From a virus (Duplodnaviria > Caudoviricetes), in IMG/VR virus record IMGVR_UViG_3300009431_000002, positions 128,001 to 192,000 of that record: a stretch of DNA of 64,000 nt; one strand, given 5' to 3'. Within the stretch, counting starts at the first letter, position 1. Every line of letters starts with the position of its first letter. Both the position numbers and the translations under genes were made by a program. Positions 8,866 to 17,600 of the stretch are shown here, piece by piece. Under the pieces are notes generated by a model. It worked only from the letters and a program-made list of their open reading frames with translations, did no database searches and was not told the origin of the DNA.

Positions 8866-9284
8866 GCTGCTGCTCCTCGGAGCCTGTGCGCCAGGCGCTC
8901 ACCGAACTCGGCGGTGAGCATCTCCAGCGCCTGGCCCTTGCGCTTGCCGTAGCCGGCGAGCTTCACGCCCCAGCTGTCGACCTCAGCGGTGTAGGTCCCG
9001 ACCGCCGCCTCGCTGGACCCGAGGATCTCGTCGAAGGTGGTGCCGATGGCCTCGCGCATCGCGGACTCCGGCGGCCACGGGAACGGGTCCACGCGGTAGA
9101 TGTGGTAGAGCAGGTCGTCGCCGGCGAACACCCACTGGATCCGGATGGGGCCGAAGTCCACCATCGGTGTGCGGTCGTGGGTACCCACGGCCTCCATCTT
9201 GAAGGACCGCTGGCCCCCGGCAATCTGGCCGAGCATCTCCTGCGCCCAGTCAGGCGTCCTCGTCAATGTCTTCGGACCCGTCAT
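8862..9284 (-). CDS. Hypothetical protein (start re-called at ATG 9284)
   Basis: RBS GGAGAGG before MTGPKTLT; stop overlaps the next start. Confidence 0.65.
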   Translation of the reverse strand: MTGPKTLTRTPDWAQEMLGQIAGGQRSFKMEAVGTHDRTPMVDFGPIRIQWVFAGDDLLYHIYRVDPFPWPPESAMREAIGTTFDEILGSSEAAVGTYTAEVDSWGVKLAGYGKRKGQALEMLTAEFGERLAHRLRGAAA

Positions 9285-10194
9285 CGTCCTCTCCCAAGGT
9301 GTCAGCGACATCCGCGGTGTCGCTGTACGTTCCTCCCGCCTCCGGGTCGGCCAGCTGATGCAGGGACACCGGCGGCTGTTTGTCATTCTGCACGCGCATC
9401 CGCTCGAAGTCCTTGAGCAGACGGCGCAGTTCATCCTCGCTCGTGGCCACGCGCTTGTCGATGGCCAATGCCGTGTTGGCCAGCCCGGTGAGCATCGTGA
9501 TCTTGTCCCGGCTCAACGACACTGTGTCGTCGACCGTCACGAAGTTGATGTACAGGCGACGCCGCATGTCCTGCAGCATCTCCTGCCCCTCGAGGCCGGC
9601 CCGCAGGCCCATGCGGTGGAGCGTGGCCTCTCGGCCAGACCGCAGCGCGACCTCGTGGTCCTCCTGCACCATCGGCGGCAGGTCCTGGGACAGGATGGTC
9701 TCGGACCACTCCTCCAGGCTCATGGCCCGGACGTTCCAGTAGTAGTGCGCGAACGACTGGACGCCGTCTGTGGTGATCCGTAGACCCTCTGCCCGACCCA
9801 CCTCGCGTGCGATGACGTGGAAGGGCACCTGCCCCAGCAGTCCGACCTCTACTCGCCGGCGGACCCGGAAGTCCAGGAGGATCGTGTTGGCCTCCTCGAC
9901 GGCGCGCGTCGGGTGGTGCAGCGAGAAGATGCGGTGCCGTCGCAGGTACCGTGCGGTCCGGATGTTCCTGCGGTCCCGGGGCAGGAAGGGGTTCGGGATG
10001 TCCTTGAGCAGCTGGGCACGGAGGCGGCTGACGTACTGCTCCTCGGCCTCGGGCAGCCGATACATCTCCAGGTGCGTCTTCACGAACTCGTAGCTGCACT
10101 TCTCCGGATGCCCCTGCGTCAGCAGGAAGAGGATGAACCGTTCGCTCGGATGAGCACGCTGCTCCCGAGCGGGTGGGAGCAGATCCATCGTCAT
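9250..10194 (-). CDS. Hypothetical protein (314 aa)
   Basis: GC3-rich, coupled to the upstream gene (ATGA overlap), acidic C-terminus. Confidence 0.7.
   Translation of the reverse strand: MTMDLLPPAREQRAHPSERFILFLLTQGHPEKCSYEFVKTHLEMYRLPEAEEQYVSRLRAQLLKDIPNPFLPRDRRNIRTARYLRRHRIFSLHHPTRAVEEANTILLDFRVRRRVEVGLLGQVPFHVIAREVGRAEGLRITTDGVQSFAHYYWNVRAMSLEEWSETILSQDLPPMVQEDHEVALRSGREATLHRMGLRAGLEGQEMLQDMRRRLYINFVTVDDTVSLSRDKITMLTGLANTALAIDKRVATSEDELRRLLKDFERMRVQNDKQPPVSLHQLADPEAGGTYSDTADVADTLGEDDDGSEDIDEDA
9517..9529. repeat. Dispersed palindrome, copy 2
   Basis: ACGACACTGTGTCGTCG at 9516-9532, inside a CDS (encodes DDTVS). Confidence 0.9.
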
Positions 10195-12335
10195 GCGTGT
10201 GACAGCAGCTTCAGCCCGTTGACCACCGACTCCAGAGAGAAGAGCGCCGTCCGCACCGACGACTCGTTGATGATCTTCTGGCCGATGCGGACGGCCAGCA
10301 GGAGGTCCGCGAGACGGTTCACGGAGTCCTCGAGGTACGGCATGTAGCTGACGAACACCGACATCGTCTCGGGCGACAGGAAGCCCAGCGACAGCACGGC
10401 GTCCACGGTGTCGGCGTCGCCGTCGGCGAGGTCACCGGCCTCCTTGACCAGCAGCACGGCCTTGGGCAGGTCCTTGATCCTCTCGGCCGCGGTCTTGACC
10501 GCCTCCTCGCGGACCTCGGACAGCGGGACGATGGGGCGGAGCCCACCGAGCTCAGCGTGTCCGACCTCCACCGACTCCGCCAGCTTCTCCTTGGCCACCC
10601 GCGGGTGGACACCGGCGCAGACCATGAGGAACTCGGCGCCAGCCCGGTCCACGAACTGGTAGTCCTGCTGCGCCAGCTTGTGGAAGGCGCGGCCCTTGAG
10701 GCTGTACTCGGGGCCGTGGCACATCAGCGTGCCCACCTGCGCGACACCGCGGGCCTCGGACTCCTTGTTGAATCCCTCCGGCGCGTCCACCAGCTTGGTC
10801 ATCTGTCCCTCGAGGGGGCAGAAGCGGTAGTGATCGGGCACCGCGAACAGGCCGTCGCCCAGGAACTGGATCTTCTGGATGTTGGGGGCGAACGAGAACC
10901 GGACGAACTCCCCGATGTCCGTGATGGCCTGGTACGCCTGCATCCCACCCTGCTGCTGGTCCAGCTGCACTTGGAAGGGCACCGTGGCCTTGGCGTTGCC
11001 GCCCTCCACGCAGTAGAGGAAGCCGTGCCCGCGCACGGGCCCGTGCGGGAGGTTGCCGCCCTTGCCGACGCGGATGCCGGCGACGCCGGGCTGCACCGAG
11101 AACTCCGAGCCGTTGGTGAACAGGCTCATCGGCACCAGGTCCTCGCCCATGCTGGGCTGGAACTGCATCAAGCCGGGGAACACCCAACCGATGAGGTGCC
11201 GGCCGTCGCAGGTGGCGACGCGCCACTCGCCGAACTCGTCGACCAGTCGGATCTCCTCGTCCTCGGAGTCCGGTTCCATCGCCGCGGCGTCGACGATGTC
11301 GGACTCGCCCGGGGCCAGATCGCCAGCGCCCGGCGCGATACCCTCGGCCTCGGCCGCCCCCATCTCCTGCTGTTGGGGAGCGAACGCCTCGGGGTTGGCC
11401 CACTTCGCCATCACCGTGCCGCTGGCGGTCTTGGTGAGCTGGACCACCGTGGGCTTGATGCCCGTGGCAAACTGGCTCCACATGTCGGCCGCGGCCACCT
11501 TGTCCAGCGTGCTGGCACCGGCGATGTACCCCAGCATCTCGGCCGCGGTCTCCGACGACCGGAAGGCGCGGCGCAGGGCGGGGTCGTCGGCGATGGCGGC
11601 GGCGACCTTCTCGACCGTGGCGGCGTCCATCGACGGCGCGAGCGCACGCAGCAAAGGCACGCCAGCCTTCTTCTCGTGCAGCTTCTTCTTGGCCTCGAGG
11701 GTGGAGTCCCAGGACTCGCCGGACGCCTCCTCCAGCTTCTTGAGCTGGTCCTCGTCGAACTTCTTGGCCAGGAAGCTGTCGACCACACCGGCGGCCTTCT
11801 CGACCCCCAGCATCTCGGCGAGCGCCTCCTCATGGGCGGAGCCGGTCACCGTCATGCCGCCGAAGTACCCGCCGTACTGGCCGCCGCCGAAGGGCGGGGC
11901 GAGGTCGCTGGCCATGTACTTCTGCGCCGGCGGCGTGCCGGGGCCGTCGAAGGTCTCGGCGCGGAACATGTGCTGACGGAAGCGAGCCTCCGTCAGCGGC
12001 CACGTCTTCTCCCCCTGCATGAACAGGTCGAACGGCGCCAGCTGGAACTTGTGGATCACGATGGGGATGCGGGAGTGCTTGACCGACTTCCCCAGCAGCT
12101 CCTCCCCCGGCGACCTGTCGGTCTTGTTCTTGACCTCGACGTAGCCGATGGCCGTGCCCTGCTCGGGCACCGAACGGGGGATGTTGACGGAGACGTCGTA
12201 CTCCGCCAGGAACGGAAGCTGGCGGTACGCCTCCTGCAGGAGCTGCGTCGGCCAGTGGTCGGCGTTGCTGACCATGCGGGCCGAGGAGACCATCGCGGTC
12301 TTGGTCTTGGGGGATTCGTCGAGGAAGAGGTCCAT
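10191..12335 (-). CDS. Large hypothetical protein with many KxA motifs, probable head/morphogenesis protein
   Basis: 714 aa with strong GC3 bias. Motifs KTAM, EKAAG, EKKAG, EKVAA, DKVAA, TKTAS, EKLAE, VKTAA, VKEAG. Confidence 0.6.
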   Translation of the reverse strand: MDLFLDESPKTKTAMVSSARMVSNADHWPTQLLQEAYRQLPFLAEYDVSVNIPRSVPEQGTAIGYVEVKNKTDRSPGEELLGKSVKHSRIPIVIHKFQLAPFDLFMQGEKTWPLTEARFRQHMFRAETFDGPGTPPAQKYMASDLAPPFGGGQYGGYFGGMTVTGSAHEEALAEMLGVEKAAGVVDSFLAKKFDEDQLKKLEEASGESWDSTLEAKKKLHEKKAGVPLLRALAPSMDAATVEKVAAAIADDPALRRAFRSSETAAEMLGYIAGASTLDKVAAADMWSQFATGIKPTVVQLTKTASGTVMAKWANPEAFAPQQQEMGAAEAEGIAPGAGDLAPGESDIVDAAAMEPDSEDEEIRLVDEFGEWRVATCDGRHLIGWVFPGLMQFQPSMGEDLVPMSLFTNGSEFSVQPGVAGIRVGKGGNLPHGPVRGHGFLYCVEGGNAKATVPFQVQLDQQQGGMQAYQAITDIGEFVRFSFAPNIQKIQFLGDGLFAVPDHYRFCPLEGQMTKLVDAPEGFNKESEARGVAQVGTLMCHGPEYSLKGRAFHKLAQQDYQFVDRAGAEFLMVCAGVHPRVAKEKLAESVEVGHAELGGLRPIVPLSEVREEAVKTAAERIKDLPKAVLLVKEAGDLADGDADTVDAVLSLGFLSPETMSVFVSYMPYLEDSVNRLADLLLAVRIGQKIINESSVRTALFSLESVVNGLKLLSHA

Positions 12336-12339
12336 TGGT

Positions 12340-13431
12340 TCACCTCAAGTACGTGTTCTGGGCCAGGATGGAGCTGGCCGGAGTCGTCGGGGCCGCGGCT
12401 GTCGTACCCGCCACGGAGTGCGTGTGCGACTGGAGCCAGGAGACGAGCGTGTCTCCCAACACACCCTTCTGCGCGCCCTGCTGACCGCCGACCGTTACCT
12501 TCCCGCTGGGCTCCACCACGACGGAGCCTCCGCCCATCGTGATGTTGCCGGTGGCCGTGATCTCCACGTCGCCACCGCTGTCTATCTTCACACTGGTTCC
12601 ACCCTTGAGCATAGCTTCTTGAGTGGCTTCGACCTTCGCGTTCTCCTGTGCCACGAGCTCGATGTTCTTCTTGGCCGCCACCAAGAAGCTGTCCTCGACC
12701 GCCCAGGAGACCTCGCCGTTGTGCTTCACCGTCAGCTCGGCGTTGAGCGTCGCCTCCTCGGCGCCATCCACGTTCACGCCGAGCCGTAGGGCCACGTCTT
12801 CGTCGTCAGGGTCGTGGCCGAGCAGCAGGGAGCACACGTAGCCTGGGTCCGTGGCCTTCTCCTTGGCCCGCAGCAGCAGCGTCGTGGTCTTGTCTCCGTC
12901 CGCGTTCTTCTCCGGCCGGTCGACCAACCAGGTCAGCTCGCCGCCGAACGTCCGCAACTCGTACTGTGAGCACACGTCGCGGATCATCCGATGGATCGGC
13001 AGGTACAGGCGCTGGGCCAGGGGGCCGGCCATCACCTGCACCACGCCACCGCGTCGGATGGTGATGCCGTTGCCGTCCCTCGTGCTCATGTGGATGTCGC
13101 CGGGGTTGAGGTCCTTGCGGGTGGCGCGCCACCCCTCCTCCCCCGGCGGCGGCGCGTACCCCAGGATGAACGGGTGCTCCCCGTCGCTCGGCCAACAGAC
13201 CCAGCACATCGCCCCGACCTCCGGCATGATGTACACGCCTTCGCCGAAGTAGTGGTGCATGTACGGCGACATGAACGGCACGTCCCCGTAGTAGCGCATC
13301 GAGTGCTGGGTCACGAAGTCCACGGAGTACAACGGCGGGTTCACGTTGATGACCTGGGCGGACTCCACGTACGCCTCGGTGAGCTCACCGAGAGCAATCG
13401 GTCGCGGTTCCTGGTGGGTCGCCCGAGTCAC
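12340..13431 (-). CDS. Baseplate central spike (gpV/gp5/VgrG-like)
   Basis: N-terminal OB-fold pattern (VINVNP..YSVDF...PEVGAMCWVCWPSDG..PFILGY), beta-repeat middle region, C-terminal HTH (His-x-His) metal-binding tip (SHTHSV). Confidence 0.75.
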   Translation of the reverse strand: MTRATHQEPRPIALGELTEAYVESAQVINVNPPLYSVDFVTQHSMRYYGDVPFMSPYMHHYFGEGVYIMPEVGAMCWVCWPSDGEHPFILGYAPPPGEEGWRATRKDLNPGDIHMSTRDGNGITIRRGGVVQVMAGPLAQRLYLPIHRMIRDVCSQYELRTFGGELTWLVDRPEKNADGDKTTTLLLRAKEKATDPGYVCSLLLGHDPDDEDVALRLGVNVDGAEEATLNAELTVKHNGEVSWAVEDSFLVAAKKNIELVAQENAKVEATQEAMLKGGTSVKIDSGGDVEITATGNITMGGGSVVVEPSGKVTVGGQQGAQKGVLGDTLVSWLQSHTHSVAGTTAAAPTTPASSILAQNTYLR

Positions 13432-13438
13432 GTCCTAC

Positions 13439-13861
13439 TCAACGACGGAGCAGCGTCGCGCCCCCGAGGCCCAACGTGCCGAGACCAGCCATGCCTCCGG
13501 CGCCGGCCAGCGCACCGCCGCCGACGTCACGGGCGAGGTCGCCGCCCTCCTGGACCTGCTTGCCCCAGCCCTCGAGGCCCTCGCCCCAGCCGCGGCGTGT
13601 CTTGCCGGCGTCCAGGGCCTCCGTGCTCATCTTGCCCTTGGGCTGGGCCTTCACGGCGCGGGCCATGGCGTCGTCGCCCGACTGGGTGAGCTTGCCGCCC
13701 AGCCACTTGGCGCCGCGGCCGATGAGCTTGCCGGCCTGCTCGATGAGCGCGAGCTTCTCGAGGTCGCTCAGGCCACGGGCGTCTGCCACCTTCTCGAGCT
13801 CGTCGAGGAACCCGCCGACGAAGGCGTGCTCGCATGCGGCCGCGTGCTTCTCCATATCCAT
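13439..13861 (-). CDS. Small Gly-rich protein with GFLDELEKVA motif, probable virion-internal
   Basis: RBS GGAGG; MEKHAA...GGFLDELEKVA...LEKLA; Gly-rich hydrophobic C-terminus. Confidence 0.65.
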   Translation of the reverse strand: MDMEKHAAACEHAFVGGFLDELEKVADARGLSDLEKLALIEQAGKLIGRGAKWLGGKLTQSGDDAMARAVKAQPKGKMSTEALDAGKTRRGWGEGLEGWGKQVQEGGDLARDVGGGALAGAGGMAGLGTLGLGGATLLRR

Positions 13862-13870
13862 GCGGTCCTC

Positions 13871-14656
13871 CTATCCAAAGTGGCGCGGCGTTGGCGCGTC
13901 GAGCCACAGATATTTGCTTTCGTGCGCTGACAGCCGAGGCTTGAGCCACCGCATGGCTTCCTGAGGCCCGCGGCTCTGCAACTGCTCCCGGTACGCGTCC
14001 TGTATCTGACTGTACTCTAAATCTCGTCGGTCGACCGACCGCTCCAGCAACGCCCGAAACCGACGTCGCATAGCCTTCGGCATCTTCTGCCCAGGACGGC
14101 CAACGAACCCACCTGCGCGGGCGTCCCCGAACGCCTCGGACGCCTGCCTGGACAGACGCCTGTACTCCGGTTCGCGCAGCCTACGCCACAATCCAGCCGT
14201 CTCCCAGCCACCGCCCGGGCCCTCTAAGGTGTTAATGAGATTGGACTCCTGGACCAGCACATCTGGCTCTGCGTGACCAGAGACCAGTTCCGTGAGCTTC
14301 TCGCCGTAACGGCCAGCTTTCCGCTCCGCAGCCTCGTGTATGGTGGCGATCCCACGAAGGTTGGTTTGTGCCTCCCTGGAGGCGTGTGGGGCAATACCGC
14401 GACCCGCGGATGGCGCCACGTAGACGGCACCTGCAGCCCGAGCCAGGGCCGGGGACTGATCCTTTATGGCCTCCGGCAAACGCTTCGGTATGTGGAACGC
14501 GCCAGCGCGCATCGGTGTGGTGCCGAGCTCCTCCCAGGCTTTCGCTGGTAGCCTACGCAGTGGGGCGATGCGCTCGGTAGCCACGCGAAGATCTGCAGCT
14601 GACACCGCGATCTTCACAAGCTCGTCGCAAAACGCCGCCAGTCGCCTCCGCTCCAT
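13871..14656 (-). CDS. Hypothetical protein with AFCDELVKIA motif and atypical codon usage
   Basis: 261-aa ORF in the operon, containing IHEAAE. Uses A/T-ending codons (TTA, ATT, AAT) that are rare elsewhere in the window. Confidence 0.6.
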   Translation of the reverse strand: MERRRLAAFCDELVKIAVSAADLRVATERIAPLRRLPAKAWEELGTTPMRAGAFHIPKRLPEAIKDQSPALARAAGAVYVAPSAGRGIAPHASREAQTNLRGIATIHEAAERKAGRYGEKLTELVSGHAEPDVLVQESNLINTLEGPGGGWETAGLWRRLREPEYRRLSRQASEAFGDARAGGFVGRPGQKMPKAMRRRFRALLERSVDRRDLEYSQIQDAYREQLQSRGPQEAMRWLKPRLSAHESKYLWLDAPTPRHFG

Positions 14657-14664
14657 GCGATCTC

Positions 14665-17600
14665 CTAGTACCCGACGCGGAACTCCGTGGTGCCGGGTGT
14701 TCCTTTCTCAGGCTGCCCGAACTCGGAGCCATAGGCTAGCGCCGGGATCGGATGCAACCCGTGGATGTTGCTGGACCAGCCCCTCAAGGCACCGTCGACG
14801 ATGGTGTCCTTCAGCTTCTGGTACTGGAGCCGCGCCATCCAGTCCTCCTGCATGTCCAGCGGCGTCTGCGTGACCCCGCGCAGGATGGGCGTGAACTTGA
14901 CGGGCTTCTTGCGCTTCTTGTTGTGGTACCCGACATTCGACGTGGACACCAGGTCTCCTGGGAGGAGGTCGGTGTCGCCGGCGTCATCCACTACGCCGAG
15001 GTCGGTGATGGCGCGGACCGCGGTCTCCACGTTGCGCCGGAGCACTGGGCCCGCGTCCGAGTACGCCTTGTGGACCTCGTCCGCGAGGTAGCCGCGCACC
15101 GTGTTGATGTTGGTCAGCGGCAGCATCTCGTGCGGATTGATGGGCCCGCCGGAGAGCCGGTCCCCCTTGCGGACCTTCACGCCCTTGCGCAGCTTGATCT
15201 TCTCGTTGACCAGGTGCTCGGGGACGTAGTGCCTCTTCCCCTTGACCCAGATGTTGAGGCCGCCGACCTCGGCGTCCTTCTCCACCCGCTCTACGGTGCC
15301 CGTGGTCGTCGCCAGCGTCGCCGAGTCCGCCAGCACCTTGGGCATGCGCAGCAGGTCCTGGACCCTGGTGAACTTGTCGGTGGACCGGCCGCTCTTCGAG
15401 GCAGCGACCCCGCCTTCGTGGAACGCGCGCATCGACAACTGCGTGGCGGGCTCGCCCAGTGCCTGCGACGCGATGACCCCGATGTTGGTCCCCGGGTCGG
15501 GCAGCTGGCCGTCCGGCAGGTTGCCGTAGTCCCGTGCGTACAGTCCCTTCGGGGCCACCGACTTCAGCGGGCTGCGGATCGACACGCGCCGGACGCCGCT
15601 GTTCTTCATCCTCGTCTGGACCCGGTCGGTGACCTCGGTGTTCCTCGGCAGGACGTCGCCGCCCCGGAGCTTCACGGGCCGCGCGAGGTAGCGACCGATG
15701 ACCTCGCGGTCCTCGGGGTCCGCGCTGATGCCGTCGTCGGCGTCGTCCGGCGCGTCCCCATCGACCACGACGAGGTTCATGGCAGAGTTCACGACGTCCT
15801 TGGTCAGCGCGCCGGGCTTGGCGGTCTCCTTCGTCTTCTGGATCATGCCCTTGCGCGCACCGTGCATGGCCGTGAAGTAGCTGGCGGAGTCCAGGCCCTC
15901 GGCGTAGCTCTTGGTGATCGGCACCGGCACGATGCGGTCGGCCGCGTCCTTCACCAACATGGGGGCGATGAGGATCTGCCGGACCTGGTCCCAGTTGCCG
16001 CGAGCACCGGCGTTGACCATCTCCAGGGCGTGGTTGCCCTGCCGCTCCAACTTCGGACGGATGGCCCGGCTCAGGTCCTCGGTGGCCTTGGAGTAGAGGT
16101 CGACGAGGCGCTGGTCCTTCTCCTCCTGGGTCAGCGACTTCATCTTCTGGATGCGCTTGGCCGCCTTGTGGACCCCAGCCAGGGCGCGGTCGCGCACAGC
16201 CTGCTGCGCCTGGAAGTCGTCGAGGGTGAACGACGCGCCAGACTCGTAGGCGTAGTCGTTGCCCATGTCCTTGAGGTCGTTGACGACGTCGCCGAAGTCG
16301 GCCGAGTGCTCCTTGGCCATCCGGGTGAGGAGGTCCTTGGTCGGGCCCTTGGACATCCGGAAGTCCTTGGAGTGGAGCAGCTGCGCGTCCCCTCGCATCC
16401 CCTCCGGCAGCACGCGGTCGAGGAGGATGCGACCGAGGGTCGTCTCCCTGCCCTTCACCGAGACCACGTCGGTCATGCCGAGGCCGAGCTTGCGGGCCTT
16501 GGCCGCCACCTGCGCCGGCGAGTCGAAGCGGTGCGACGTCTTCTTCCCCCACTCTGTCAGCCGGTACAGCCCGAGCTGGGCCTCGTGGCCCGGGGAGTAC
16601 ATCACCCGGCCGGTGGTGGTGTTGAACAGGTTGTTGGACGGGAAGAGCTTGCGCGCCTCCTCCACCGCCTCCTTGGCGAGCGGAACGTAGGCGGACATCT
16701 GGTCGCCGTCGAAGTCGGCGTTGTACCCCGAGGTCACCAGGGGGTGGATGCGGATGGCCTTGCCGCCGACGAGCTTGGGCTTGAACGCCATGACCCCGAA
16801 CTTGTGGAGCACCGGGTCACGCTTCAGCAGCACCGGCCGCTCCTCCATCACGCGCTCAAGCGCGTGCCGGGCGACCTTGGAGTTGGTCCGGACCAGGTGC
16901 TGTGCCTCGGCGGGGACGTAGCCCTGCTCCCGCACCAGCTTTCGCACGACGAAGGGCTTGTACGTCTCCTTCGCCAGCTTGTAGGGGATGCCCACCTCGT
17001 CCAGTCCCATGTCGGGCTCGGGGATGATGGTGGACCGCATCGACAGGTCCTGCCGGCGGGAGACGAGGTTCTTCTGGAAGAACGAGTCCTTGGGCTGGGG
17101 CACGCCCTTCATCGTCTCCATCACGCCGCGGTGCTTGCGGCCGTTGATGGTGGAGCCGGTCATCATCAGGGCGCGGAGCCCGTCGTAGAGCTCGGCGGTC
17201 AGCTTGCTCTTCGTCTTCTCCCCGAGTCCGGGGTCGTAGTCCCGCAGCTGGATGTTGGTGATGCCGAGGCTCTTGTACAGGCCGTTGATGTCCGAGTCGT
17301 TGAGCTTGCCCGACTCCATCACCGAGACCGGCCGCATCACCGGCGGCATGACGGGCACGACCGAGGTGAAGTACGCCTGGTCGGGGGTCAGGTCGTTGGC
17401 GACCAGCGCCTCGAGGAACCGGATCTGCTTGCGCAGCTTCGCCATCGTCGACACGGCCTTGGTGGTCTCGGCCTGGCGACGGAGCGTCTCCAGCTGCTGC
17501 CGTGGGTCGATGGCCGCCAGCCGTGCGCGGATGGCTTCGGGCCCGGTCTTCCCGTCGAGCGTCTTCTCGCCGGCGATGACGGCCTGGTAGTCCTTGTTCT

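Noticed and set aside
10191-12335. Call as major capsid protein or prohead protease
   Set aside because: No recognisable HK97-fold or protease catalytic motifs by eye; left as unknown.
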